Shown here piece after piece: positions 1 through 18,559 of a stretch of DNA of 64,000 nucleotides (the stretch's first letter is position 1; every line of letters begins with the position of its first letter). The notes below the pieces were generated by a model that saw nothing but the letters and a program-made list of their open reading frames with translations, did no database searches and was not told the DNA's origin. A program made the position numbers and the translations under genes. The stretch lies in NCBI RefSeq assembly GCF_009914755.1, contig NC_060943.1, one strand, 5' to 3'. Source of the stretch: the human T2T-CHM13v2.0 reference genome, Homo sapiens.

Positions 1-736
1 GGGATAGAGTTTGATTACTGAGTGATCTATTAAATAGGGAGGTCAAGGATGGCCTCTCTGAGGAAGTGACATTTAGCAAAACAAAACTTCAGTGAAAGTA
101 GCAAGTAAGTTTTGTGGAGATCTGGGGAAGAGCTTTAAAAGAAGGAGTACAAAGTTATTATGGTGGGAACATGTTTGGTGTATTCCAGGAATAGCAATGA
201 GTCTGTCCTTGGAGGGAAATGAGCACTGTGATGTCAGAGGTATAGCTGGGAACCAAATTACGTAGGCCCTTTCAAGTCATGATCTGAACTTTGAATTTGG
301 TTCTAAGTGAAGGAGAGCCATTGGAACGTTTGTGATCTGATTTGATTTATGCCTTAAAGTGAAAACAGATAGCAGGGGAGTACAGGTGGAAGCAGAGAGG
401 CCAGTCAGGAGACTCTTTTAGTAATCCAGACAGGAGGTGATAGCAGCCTGGATCATGGTGGTGGCATTGGAGCTAGTGAGATTCTGGGTATAGACTGGAG
501 ATAGAAAATGCGATTTGATCAAGGATTCGTTGTGGCATGTGAGAGGAAGAAGTCAGGATGCCTACAGAGATTTTTGGCTAGGCAGCTACATGAATGGGCA
601 TCCCATTTACTGAGCTGGAAAGACAATGTGAAGTGGGATGGATATCAATAATTGAATTCTGGATATATTTAGAGACCTTTTGGATATCCAAATGGAATGC
701 TGATTATACATCTGGAGTTCAGGACTACAGATGTGA

Positions 737-1177
<441 letters not shown>

Positions 1178-1564
1178 GTCCTTAGTGTATTTAAAACATG
1201 AGACAGGATGAGATTATCTTGAGGGCAGTTTTGTGGTGAACGTAGATAGGAAAGAGATCGAAGGACTGGCTTTAGGATGTTCAACATTCAGAGCCACACA
1301 AGAAGAGGAGGAACCAGCAAAAGAGACTGAGAAGAACTGATGTAGAAGGAAAACCAGAAGAGTGTGGGTTCTGGAAGCCAAGAGGAGAAAGTGTTTCAAG
1401 GATGGGATGATCAACTGAGCTAAGTTCCTCTGAGAGGGACTGAAGAAGACGAAGACTGAGAACTCACCGTTGGATTTGGTAACATGGAAATATTCTTGAC
1501 AAGAGCTACTTCATGGAATGACTGGGATGAAGACATCATTGTGGTGGGTTTAAGAGAGAATGGA

Positions 1565-2555
<991 letters not shown>

Positions 2556-3069
2556 CTAAACAACTTACGGGAAGAGTTTTGTTATTAAGAGGAGTAGAGA
2601 AATGGGACAATAGCTAAAGGGAGATCATGGAAGGGAACTTATTTATTTATTTATCTATGTATTTATTTGCAAGAGGGAAGATATTGCATCAGTTTTTTTG
2701 CTGATTGGAATGATCCAGTAAAGTGAGAATAGTTGGTAGTAAAAGGGAGAGAGGCGAAAATGTCTTCGTGTGGGCAAGTGGACGGACTGGTCTTTGAAGC
2801 CTAGAGTTTTATTCATAGTCACAGAGGGCAGACAGAATATACAGGTATGAGTACAGATACAGAAGGGTAAGTACATATGGTGGCTGGAGGATGAGGAAGT
2901 TAAAAGTGAGATCGGGATGAGTTGATGGTGGTTCGAGAGAGAGTTATGAAATAGTTATCAGGAGAGGAGGAGAGTGAATTTATTAGGGAAGCATAGTAGA
3001 GTGGTTTTGCAGTGCTTTTGAGGACATTCTGGCCATATGCAAGAAGTACTTTGTGTCAACATGTTTTAT

Positions 3070-3450
3070 CAATCAGGGTTCTAGCAAGGCAATCAAAAGG
3101 CAACTATTTAAAAGATATTATCAGGACATAGAGAAACTATAAAGGATCATGCTGTACTCTGGGGCTCATAACAGCATAGCTCTCTTACTAACCCTAGATC
3201 TTTGAATCCAGAGACAGAGAGCTGGGTGGAGGGGCCCCTGACAGGTGCTCTGAACTTTGATTGAAAGACAGAGACCACCCAGGGTGGGACTCCCACCCAG
3301 GGAGGGAGCCAGGGGAATAAGTATTCTGCCTTACTTACCTTCCTTTCATCTCTTGCTTGTGGCTGAACCCAACAGAATATGGGATGGGACAACGGAGTTT
3401 ATTGATACAGTCAGCCTCCTAGGACTCAGAAAAGAGTAGAGGAGCACATG
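3070..3450. mobile_element. Ancient ERVL/MaLR-type LTR remnant
   Basis: gggagccaggggaataa...ggctgaacccaac motifs; family uncertain. Confidence 0.4.
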
Positions 3451-3492
3451 GAAGTTATACAACACTATGGAGTTGTGTAAATTTTTCCCTAG

Positions 3493-3847
<355 letters not shown>

Positions 3848-4617
3848 GATATTTCATTATTTTTGATTAAAAAAAGAGAACATACTGTACATACTGGAAC
3901 CCTATCATTTTTAAGCACTGAATACTCTTTCTTCATATGGATATTTTATAGGAAACTTCACCATTTATTCCCTGAGTAGCAAATATTTACTGAGAGTTTA
4001 CAATGTGATCAGTTTTGTAATAGATACTGGATATATATCAGCTTATAAAACAAATCTCTCTCCCTTCACTCAGCCTACAGTTCAGTGCTATAGCCTAAAC
4101 TCTATTTTTGAACATGTAAGTTTTTTCCAGATTTTTTGCATAACCTTCCAATGAAAATTCTATCTAAGTTGCTTCACATATACCTCATTATTTCTTCAGG
4201 ATATGTTCCTGGACGTTTCTCCTTACATATAAAGTCTAACTTTCAGGCCATACCCTTTTGTTAAAGCCCAATTCAAGGCCTTTCTCCTATTCTGCCCCAC
4301 CTGATGTCTCAATTTGGGGAATATAAAGGAATCCCCCATATAAGATTTTCTTTATACTTAGCATATGTAACATACAACTTAGTCTTTGCTGTTTCTTGTT
4401 ATAAGCTAATTTTGTGTATATATGTCTTTTTTATAAAAATGTAAAATTTTCAAATGGTGAGTCTGTTTCTAATATTTCTCTTCTCTTAAAGTATTTGACA
4501 AACCTCAGCATGTAATTGTTCTCCAATAATTATTTTCCTCGCATCACTTAGAGCTTTGAACTCTGGCCAAATTCATCTTTTTTGCTAGGACCATATAGGT
4601 GTCTGGGCACCTGGTGA

Positions 4618-4785
<168 letters not shown>

Positions 4786-4962
4786 TAATTTAAAAATCTT
4801 CCTCTGGGGTGTTTTTGCTTCCTCTGTTGAGAATATCTAGGACATCTTAAGACATCTTAAAAGCACTTACTTGCCTTTCTACTTCCTGTTCCCAGGAAAT
4901 GATTTGAAATATATATTTGCTTAAATTTTAATTAATTAATTTACTTTTGGCAGACATTCTGA

Positions 4963-5288
<326 letters not shown>

Positions 5289-5329
5289 TAATTTCATAGA
5301 GTTGGAAATGAGTAGTTCCCTTTGCCGTA

Positions 5330-5606
5330 GAATGGTGGTTTGGAACAGCAACATCAGCATGTCCTGGGAATTTGTTAAAATGCAAATTATGAGGCCCCAT
5401 TCTAGACCTACAAAATCAGAAACTGTGGGAGTAGGCTCAGTAGTCTGGGTTTTAATAAACTCTCCAAATGATCCTGATGTCTGTTAAAGTTTGAGAGCCA
5501 CTGTAGTTTCTGATGCAGTAGTTCTGGGTTGCGGCCTGAGAATGTGCATTTCTAATTAGTTCCTAGGTGATGGCTGCAGCTGCTGTAGCACTTTGAGAAC
5601 CACTGT
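5330..5606. mobile_element. Two adjacent MER5A-like fragments
   Basis: aatgcaaatt...atcagaaact...tttgagagccactg and tttgagaaccactg termini. Confidence 0.7.
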
Positions 5607-5791
5607 CACGGCAGAAGCTTCATCCTCCTCCTCATCCATACAAGCGTCATTCCATTCTCTAGCTCTTCCTCTAATGTCCATTCTTGCCTGATGATCAAGA
5701 TATTGGGTCTGCGTCCTAGACAGCTGTGGCATGTTGATTTGTTTGTCTGTATGTCTTTCTGTCTCTTGCTCTCATTTTTCTTCCCCTGTGA

Positions 5792-5896
<105 letters not shown>

Positions 5897-6232
5897 TGAC
5901 AGATCACCAGGCAGGGAGGACTATTGTAAGGTACTCAACCAAGTAGTAAGTAGGAAACTGTTTTGAGCTTCAGGTGGGATGAGAACTGAAATCTCCATAG
6001 TATGTGCTTCCCTAGAAACCTCACCACACCCTGGGGTTTTTTCTTTTTCTTTCCATCAAATTATACTCTCCGGTCTTCCACCTATACCTTGAATCTCAAT
6101 CCTTCTCAGCTCTTCTTTTCCTTTTATGGTTAGAATTGTATTACATTTCTAGATTTCTTTTTCAGAGTTTTTATTTTTATCAGAATTATCAAAGATATGT
6201 ACACACAGTGTTTAAAGAATCAAGTAGTAGTA

Positions 6233-6299
6233 TTAGGTTGGTGCAAAAATAATTGCAGTTTTGCCAAAAAACGCAATTACCTTTGCACCAAAAAGCCTA
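6233..6299. mobile_element. MADE1 (Hsmar1-derived MITE), internally deleted
   Basis: ttaggttggtgcaaaaataattgc...gcaattacctttgcaccaa inverted termini, preceded by TA. Confidence 0.85.
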
Positions 6300-6929
6300 T
6301 ACAAGGCTTTTTCCCTTAAAGAAGGAATTCTTGTTCCCGGCTCCCCAGTTTCCCTCTTCCTAGAGCGATCCACTTTCTTTTCTTTTGTAGTTTATTTTGG
6401 TGTTCCCTTCATGTCTCCAAAAATATGTTAATGTTGCTACTCTTGATTTTTTTTCAGGGTGAGCCCTTATTCGGTATCTTCTTATAAGAAAATAAGGAGT
6501 TAGCACTTTCTTCTCCTGAATCCAACACATAAGGCACACACACAAATACACACATTTCCCATCCCCTATCTTATCAATGTCATCATTTTGATTAAGTCAC
6601 TATTCAGCATTTATTTTATTATGGCCATTTAGTGCTAGTCATAGCTGTGCTGTGCATATGGCAAGTTACTTTTTCTCTACTCCTTTTTATTTTTCCTGGA
6701 GTTAATAATGACTTGGGAATTTTGTTTGTTTGTTTGTTTGTTTTTGCTCAGTTTATATATACATAACCCTAATCCAGTTCCCGACTTACCATCAATTGTC
6801 TGAGTCTTTCAAGATACTTGGACATATTAGGTGATCTATCCACTTCATCTTCTTGGAGAAATCTCTCCTGGAATCCTCAGATACGCTTCACTCTACACAA
6901 ATGGCTCATTATATTTGCATGCACTCAAT

Positions 6930-7804
6930 TTGGATCTATCTGATTTATCTGATATTTTCTCATAATTAGATTGAGGTAGTGCATTTTTGCAAAGAATGTC
7001 ACAGAAATAATGTTGTATCTCTCTCAGTGCATCATTCCAAAGGATGTATAATATCGATATGTCTTATTATCGGTGATGTTAACTTTGCACACTTAGTGAA
7101 GGTAGTGTCTGCTTGGTTTCTCCATTATAAAGTTCTTATTTTTCTATTTGTAGTTAATAAATATCTTGGGGGAGATACTTTGAGATTATTCAGTTTCTTC
7201 TGTAATTTTTGCCCATTTATTTTAGCATTTATTGCTGGATCTCTTCAACTATTATTACTGTGGTATTAACCTAATGTTGATTTGTTCCATTTCCCTCTTT
7301 TCTTTGTGTATATTAATTGGGATTGTTCTGAAGGAAGAGCTGCTCTTTCTCCTCCATTTACTTATATATTCAATTATATTTATGGATTTTTTTCCTATGA
7401 GGTAAATCTAATTTACCTCATAAAATTTAATGACTTCATAAAATTTAAATGGATTTATTTTTGGATTTATGGATTTTTATTTCTATGAAGTAAATCCAAT
7501 GAATCATTATGTTTCTCAAATCGTTCCAGCTTTGAATGTTGGAATCTCCTTCACATTGGTTCCTTTGACCTTCTGACATGCCCCCATGCATTTTTTGGGC
7601 ACGTCCTTCCTTCTGGCACAAGGTATTCCAGGTTCTCTTATTTTCCTTGCCCCAGCCTTGAATCAACCACTTCTCCAAGGAGCCCTCATTGCTTTATTGG
7701 GAAATGGTGTTTAGAAACCAAGCTAGGTATGCTCTAGGCTACTGGGATATCACTCCTTCTGGCCCTGACAGCAGCTAAAGCTAGGAAACAGATAGATAGA
7801 TAGG

Positions 7805-7846
<42 letters not shown>

Positions 7847-8230
7847 TTTACACACACACCCCTATATTTATTTCTGCCTCTTTTTTTCCCATTTTTTATT
7901 ACCTCTATCTTTTTATATACTAAAACTATCAGTTTATATTAATAACTTGATTTCTAGTCCTGCTTTACAGGGTTTATTGTAGCCTTCCTCCTTGACTTAT
8001 TTGTAATTTCTTTTTCTGATAATGAGAAAAAATATATTTACCTATTTGTTCAATTTTAGTATACACATAAAGTAGTTTCAGAATTTCTAACTTACTTCTC
8101 TGTGAGAAACAAATTTACCAACTAGATTTAGGTATTTGTATATAGTACTTTTTGTTTTAGTCTTATAGTGTCCAGTCAAAATACTATTTCCAAAATTACT
8201 TAGGTTGGTTATTTCAGGTCCATTTGTTAC
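6930..8230 (-). mobile_element. Old L1 (L1MC-like) 3' region
   Basis: ggtgatgttaactttg...ttctccattataaagtt and ccagccttgaatcaaccacttctccaaggagccc motifs. Confidence 0.6.
7791..7846. repeat. (GATA)n microsatellite
   Basis: Directly visible. Confidence 0.95.
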
Positions 8231-8232
8231 TG

Positions 8233-9352
<1,120 letters not shown>

Positions 9353-9552
9353 ATTTTCCACTTTTTAAAATAACTTTAAGTGTAGGGCTTATATACAATA
9401 CAGATTTGAGTTTTACTATATAAACCAATCTGATTTTCTTTTCATTTTAATAAGTGAAAGTCTAATTACATTTTTGGTAAATTTGGGCTTAATCCTATAT
9501 ATTGTCTTATGTTATATTTTCTGGGTTTTATAGTTTTTAAAAAGCACTTTCA

Positions 9553-10032
<480 letters not shown>

Positions 10033-10039
10033 ATGTGTA

Positions 10040-10810
<771 letters not shown>

Positions 10811-11640
10811 TTCAACCAGATGTCGTCAGGATGGTAGTGAGGAGGTCATGCTCCCCTTCACTGTGTTCTCTGTGTCTTGCAGGTTTTTAATGCTGTAAGT
10901 GTGTTTCTCTTGATATTTTTTTCATGACCTTTTCCACAATGATAGGGAATTTTACAAGTCAACCCTGGTTGAGTTCTTTCACAGAGATTTTGGTGGAAGA
11001 AAGGTATAAAATGCAAGGGCTTAGGTCCTATTATTGGTTTTGGAATGTTCTTTTTTTGTTCATAATTTTCTTTTATATTATTGATTACTTTTGTCCAAGT
11101 TTATTTAAAATAATTTTCTTAAGTTCTGAAATAAAATCCTTATGGAATTCTGGTTGAAACTGATCTGATGTAAATTAACCTGTGGTAAAAACATATGCAT
11201 ATATTATTTTTTTGCTTTGTTGCAATTATATATTACATGGGTTCATTTAAATCTTCCTTAGAAGAATTTCGTAACATTTTGTAGGACTTTTTTTGTGTTC
11301 TTGCCAACCTTACTCCCTTCTCTCTTCCAATTACTTACATAGCAGTTGTAATCTCAACTCACTGCCTTCACCTCAGGTTCTCTTCCACTGTCTTATCACT
11401 TGTAATCTGGCTTCTGCCCTTCTAGTTTAGCTACATCCAGGTACCCTTCTTCATTTTCATATCCTTCAGCTTATTGAGATGTATAAGATAGTTCTTACCA
11501 CTATCCATTTTCTCTTTTCAGAGCTCTGTTCTCCCTTTAATGGACTCTTTCCCCTGTTTTTCTGTTGTTTCCTCGTTTACCATAAGATCTTTGTTGTATT
11601 AATGTGGATCTCTGTCCAGTTCTGTGTAGTAGAACTTTCT

Positions 11641-11956
11641 TTTCTCTTCTTTTCCTTTTTTTTTTTTTTTTTTTTTTGAGACAGTCTAGCTTTGTCACCC
11701 AGGCTGGAATGCTGTGGCGTGATCTTGGCTCACTGCAACCTCCACCTGCCAGTTCAAGCAATTCTCGTGCCTCAGCCACCTGGGTAGCTGGGATTATAGA
11801 TGTGAGCCACTGCGCCCAGCTAATTTTTGTATTTTCAGTAGAGACGAGGTTTCACTGTGTTGGCCAGGCTGGCCTTGAACTCCTGGCCTCAAGTGATCCA
11901 CCAGCCTCGGCCTCCCAAAGTGTTGGGATTACAGGCGGGAACCCCCATGCTTGGCC
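11641..11956 (-). mobile_element. Alu inserted at the MER3 end
   Basis: Alu consensus; TSD tagtagaa(c/a)tttct. Confidence 0.93.
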
Positions 11957-11959
11957 TCT

Positions 11960-12143
11960 AGTAGAAATTTCTCTGATGATGGAAATAATCTATATGTGTG
12001 CTTTCTAATACAGTAGCCACTAGCCACATTTAGCTTTGAGTGCATAAAATGTGGCTAGTGTGAGTAAGGAACTGACTTTTTAAAATGTTATTTAAATTTA
12101 AATTGCTGCTTATACTTAGTGGCTACCGTATTGGATAGCACAG
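11960..12143 (+). mobile_element. MER3
   Basis: gatgatggaaat...gtagccactagccac...agtggctaccgtattgga. Confidence 0.8.
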
Positions 12144-13820
12144 CTCTATACAGTCTTTTAATCAAGGGGATCCAATCTGTAAGTCTATATGTAAAGATAG
12201 TGGTTGGAGCTCCAGGCACCTCAGAGTCTCCCATGTTGGAAAATAACTGTAGTCTTCTCCCATCAGGCTTCTTTTATTCAGCATTAAGTTAGTTATTGTA
12301 TAAATCTGCTATTTGCCTGGAGTAAAGACTTATTTTTGGTAAGATGGAGTATAGTGGCTTCAGGTGATGCCTACAAGAGATGAGATCCAGGCAAGTGAGT
12401 GAGGGAACAGAAGTAGTTGTATTTCTAGGGAAAGAATGAATGGTATGGACCTGACAAAGGACAGGCGAACAAGGCCTCTCAGGCCTGGGTGTAGACAAGT
12501 AAGAAAATCCAAGGCGGTATATAGGACGGACTGGTAGGGATGAGGCTTTCCTTGGGTGAAGGGTGTATTGGAAAGAAGAAAGATACAGATGAATAATATT
12601 TCCTTTTCAATTTTGTTCTGACCTATACTGGAGACAGCTTTACTTTTCAACAGATGAGAAACTGTTATGGCAAAGACTGTATCTATTTAACCCCCAAATG
12701 CCAAAATACGTAGTTCTAAAATAATCCGTAACCACATCTAAACATGAAAATGTCTCTGTCACTGAAATAGTCACTATATTTTGGAATCCTGATTATAGCC
12801 TTGAACACCAAGCTCATATTCTCCGAGAATTATTCCTTAACTAAGCTAGTGAGTTTTGATCTCTTTTTTCCTGACATTTATACCTGTAATAATCTATATC
12901 ATATTAGCTTATCCTTCATTATGTGCCATATGGAATTATCACCTGCACAGGCTTGAGCTCTCAGAATTTACAAAAGGTAGAAAGACCTTGTGTCAGGCTT
13001 TCCCCCCTCTACTAGGTACTTCAGACCTACTAATAGGTTCTATGTATTTGAATATATTGGCTGATTATTGTGGTGTGAAAGGACTTTCTCATTTTTTGAG
13101 ATCATCTTCTAAAAAATAGTTTTATTTCTACCTTACCCAACCAATATCCTCTCCTGAAAGTATCACGTATCTTCTCAATAGGCATCATTTTCCCTTAATG
13201 GTGAGAAAAGCTGACCACTAGGTTTCTTTTAGTCACTGAGAAAAAATATATATAAATTTTTCCTGGACCCTGATAAAAATCTTAGAAGTTGTTGAACAGC
13301 ATTAGTGGAAAAAGTTGCTATGAGATTAATCTGGCAGCAGTCATCCATTTAACAACATGCTGACATTGTCTGAGGCATTGGATGCAATAGTAGAAGAAAA
13401 AGGGGTGAACATCCATCCCTGCCCTCATGGAGCTTTCAGTCTTATGAATACCAGTGCAGAATGGACAGGAGGGCTTAAAGACTAGAGGCAGGGAAACTGG
13501 CTGTGATCTAATCAGACATCCTCAACTCCTTATCTTGTTAGCATTTAGCTTTGCCTGCCTTTTGATGACCTGCATTTTACCTGTGTCCCCAACTACCACC
13601 TCCCTATCGTCAACACATATACCTTCCCTTCTCAGCTCTCTTTATTCTTTGTGCTTCCATTGTCTTTTGTTCATATTGCATGGCCATATTTGGGAGCTAT
13701 TAGAACCACAGACTTTCTACCCTCCTTCCCCCCAGTTAAATTCTTCCATTTCTTCTCTAACAATTTTCTTCCTCATAGCAAAAGAACAAAGGAGACATTT
13801 GCTTTCTTGATATTTTTCAG

Positions 13821-15394
13821 ACTGGGAGTCTTGGTGTGAAATTGAGGAATTATCTCCAAAATGGTTCATTGATGAAGATGAAATATCCCAGGAGATGGTA
13901 ATGGAAAGGCTAGCAAGTCATGGCCTTGAATGCTCCAGTTTCAGAGAAGCCTGGAAATATAAGGGTGAATTTGAGCTACATCAGGGAAATGCGGAGAGGC
14001 ATTTCATGCAAGTGACAGCTGTTAAGGAAATCTCTACTGGGAAAAGAGACAATGAATTTAGTAATTCTGGGAGAAGCATACCCCTGAAATCAGTATTTTT
14101 AACACAACAGAAAGTTCCTACCATACAGCAAGTACATAAATTTGATATTTATGATAAACTCTTCCCCCAAAATTCAGTCATAATTGAATATAAAAGACTC
14201 CATGCTGAGAAGGAATCTTTGATAGGTAATGAATGTGAAGAATTCAACCAGAGTACGTACCTTAGTAAAGATATAGGAATTCCTCCTGGGGAGAAACCTT
14301 ATGAAAGTCATGATTTTTCAAAGCTCTTAAGTTTCCACTCATTATTTACTCAACATCAGACCACTCATTTTGGAAAATTACCCCATGGATACGATGAATG
14401 TGGTGATGCCTTTAGCTGTTACTCATTCTTTACTCAACCTCAGAGAATTCACAGTGGAGAAAAACCATATGCATGCAATGACTGTGGAAAAGCCTTTAGC
14501 CACGACTTCTTTCTCAGTGAACATCAAAGAACTCATATTGGGGAGAAACCTTATGAATGTAAGGAATGTAACAAAGCTTTCAGACAGAGTGCTCACCTTG
14601 CTCAACATCAGAGGATCCACACTGGAGAGAAACCGTTTGCGTGCAATGAATGTGGGAAGGCCTTTAGCCGTTATGCCTTCCTTGTTGAACATCAGAGAAT
14701 TCACACAGGTGAGAAACCATATGAATGTAAAGAATGTAATAAAGCCTTCAGACAGAGTGCTCACCTTAATCAACATCAGAGGATTCACACTGGAGAGAAA
14801 CCCTATGAATGTAATCAGTGTGGAAAAGCCTTCAGCAGACGCATAGCCCTTACTCTACATCAAAGAATTCACACAGGAGAGAAACCCTTCAAATGTAGTG
14901 AATGTGGGAAGACCTTTGGCTATCGCTCACACCTGAATCAACATCAGAGAATTCATACCGGAGAAAAGCCCTATGAATGCATCAAATGTGGGAAGTTTTT
15001 TAGGACTGACTCACAACTTAATCGACATCATAGAATTCACACTGGAGAGAGACCATTTGAATGCAGTAAATGTGGGAAAGCCTTCAGTGATGCTTTAGTT
15101 CTAATTCACCATAAGAGAAGTCATGCAGGAGAGAAACCCTATGAATGTAACAAATGTGGAAAGGCCTTCAGTTGTGGCTCATATCTTAATCAACATCAAA
15201 GAATTCATACTGGAGAGAAACCCTATGAATGTAGTGAATGTGGGAAGGCTTTTCATCAGATCTTGTCCCTAAGACTACACCAGAGAATTCACGCTGGAGA
15301 AAAACCTTATAAATGTAACGAATGTGGGAATAATTTTAGCTGTGTCTCAGCCCTTAGACGACATCAGAGAATTCATAATAGAGAAACGCTCTGA
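13821..15394 (+). CDS. ZNF527: Last coding exon: linker, 2-3 degenerate and 11 intact C2H2 fingers
   Basis: tttttcag| acceptor ending at 13820, in phase with KRAB-B ((D)[13 protein letters not shown]...); continues into ORF 13895-15394 with TGEKPY linkers; TGA stop. The three exons give 598 aa. Confidence 0.95.
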
Positions 15395-15522
15395 TTATAA
15401 CAAGTATAGGAAAGAAAACATGTGGTTACCACTCAATCCTTATTAAATATTAGTGAGTTCTTTTTGGTTAGTAATTCTTTGAATGTAGTTCATATTTCAG
15501 TTCATGAGTATCCGTTATTTGA

Positions 15523-15843
<321 letters not shown>

Positions 15844-15879
15844 ACATCTGTTACTTTTTGATCTGTTCTATACCTGGCT

Positions 15880-16330
15880 TAGCCCACCCTCAATGCATAT
15901 GATTCAGATGAAACTGTTAATCAGGGACAGCAGTGGACTGGTCACAGGCTGGCCAATTATTTCCCCCAACCTAGTGATAAGGGATTGGCAAATGGCCCTG
16001 TCTGGATCAATGAAGTCCTTTGCGGGTATTCCTATGGGCAGTAAGAGAGGTTTTATTCTGGAACTGCAAGTTTCAAGGATTTAATAAGATTAAAAACTCA
16101 CCAGTAGCCTTTTTGCCACTCATGAGGAAAGCTTTCCCAAAGAGAAATCTAACAGAGGAAAATGGAGATGAGAGACAGAAATATGATGATACAGCTTGAT
16201 CTCCTGGATCCAGTCATTCCTGACAGCTACACCATCACCATCCTTTTTCATTTTTTGTGATCCAATAAATTTCCTTTTTTTGCTTAATTTGGATTATATT
16301 TTTGCCTCATGGAATTAGAGTGCTGATTCA
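15880..16330 (+). mobile_element. MLT1 (J/K-like) MaLR LTR
   Basis: cctggatccagtcattcctga...ccaataaatttcctttttttgcttaa 3' motif. Confidence 0.6.
16264..16269 (+). terminator. Candidate proximal poly(A) signal of ZNF527, inside an MLT1 LTR
   Basis: AATAAA about 870 nt after the stop, followed by T-rich sequence. Confidence 0.4.
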
Positions 16331-16804
16331 CACATTCTATGTTTGCTATACATAAAAGAAAGCCTTAATTTTTTACGTGGCATAATTATTTATCCTGAGG
16401 AGCAACCTTCTGATATAACAAGTTTATGAAAGTTGAATACACAGCCTTCATAAAACTGAGATAATTGTTACATTTTATTTGTCGATAAAACTATTTTAGT
16501 GTTTCTTAGTTTTTTTCACATTATGGCTGAATATTTTAAAATTCACCAAGTAAAATTCTTTAACAGGCTTCCCCTTAAGGAGTTAAAATCATTTGTCACA
16601 GTGACTCACCATTTGCCTGTAAAGAGAGAATGGAAAGCTAAGAGAATAATACTTTCATTTGTTTAATGAATGGCTCTTCATCTTCAAGGAATTACTTGAT
16701 TTTCTTCTTTCAGTATGGGTCTAAACATATTCTGTGGCAGAATATAATAACAATTAAATTGTAAATGAGGTCTTTTGTGGGTGGGCTCTAAATTTGGTTT
16801 AAGA

Positions 16805-17246
<442 letters not shown>

Positions 17247-17895
17247 CTAAAATTTTTAGAGACTAAATCATTTCCATTATTGGGAGTAATGAGGAAGATG
17301 AAGGTGTAGGGCAATACGTTTCTTTTTTATCTGAGTGGATATAGGGAAATAAACTGGTGATATGGCAGCTGGGCCATCTTGAATAGTGAGAACCAGTAAG
17401 AATATTGGGTATTGCCTGAAGAGCATCTGTAAAAACATATCAGAACAAATGAAAGAGGAAAGAATGAAGGATTTATATGTGTGCATAGAGTGAATATATG
17501 TGTGCATAGAGTGAAATATTCAACTTATACTTATTTCTAATAAAATCTGAAAATTATTTTTCATAAATATTCAAATTCCCTTTAAACAGCTTAAAATACA
17601 GATTTAGTGACTCAGTACTTCAAACCTTGAATAGAAACAAATATGATTATAAAATATTTCCAAACTTATGTTACATCTAATCTGAAACATATTAATATTA
17701 TAAGCTTAATTCATGTCATCATTTCTTTATTTTTTATTATATTTCCTGGAGGTATAAGGATATTTATTTTTATAATTTCCAAGCACTGAGTAATAATTTA
17801 TTTCAGAAAGTTTCAGAAGGTTACAGTAAACTTTACCAAACTTGAAGAAGAATGACTCAGATCAGTAAGAAGAGTCTGAGTTACTCACTAATTGA

Positions 17896-18203
17896 TTTTT
17901 ATTTTATTTATTTATTTTTTTTGAGACAGGGTCTCACTCTGTTATCCAGGCTGGAATGCGGTGACACAATCATGGCTCACTGCAGCCTCAACTTCCCAGG
18001 CTCAAGCGACCCTCCCACCTCAGCCTCCTGAGTAGCTGGGACTACAGGTGTGCTCTACCACACCTGGCTAAGTTTCGCGTTTTTCTGTAGAGATGGGGTT
18101 TCGCGAGTTGCCCAGGCTGGTCTCCAACTCTTGGCCTGAAGTGATTTGCCCATCTCGGCTTCCCAAAGTGCTGAGATTATAGGGATGAGTCACTGTGCAC
18201 AGC
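17896..18203 (-). mobile_element. AluJ
   Basis: Alu consensus; TSD actaattgattttt. Confidence 0.92.
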
Positions 18204-18559
18204 TACTAATTGATTTTTGATCTATGTATGGCACCTGATTTCATCCTCGAGAGTGACGTAAACCTAAGCTACTGGTTCATTCTCTGTTTATATAGTTAAA
18301 CTTCACTTGTAATGTTGATAAAATCTTTTGTACCCATGTGTTTAGCTTCAGTGTATTTTACAATCTGATGTTTCTCCTCACAATGAAGTACTAAATTTTG
18401 TTTCTTTTCAACTGTACAACCCATTGTCTTGTGATATATTGACCTGATCTCTTAGGATTAGTGAAAATTTATGCTTTATTAATATTTGATTGTTATTAGG
18501 ACCATCTAGAGATTTCTGTTTATGTGTGTGTATGTGCATCTGAAGATGTGTATTTTATT

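Noticed and set aside
14370-14846. 158-aa alternative-frame ORF and 121-aa antisense ORF over ZNF527
   Set aside because: Usual shadow frames of C2H2 repeats; no independent evidence.
17477-17520. Short tandem duplications (also near 27086, 42380, 56287, 60978)
   Set aside because: Ordinary 14-22-bp slippage duplications with no array or spacer structure.
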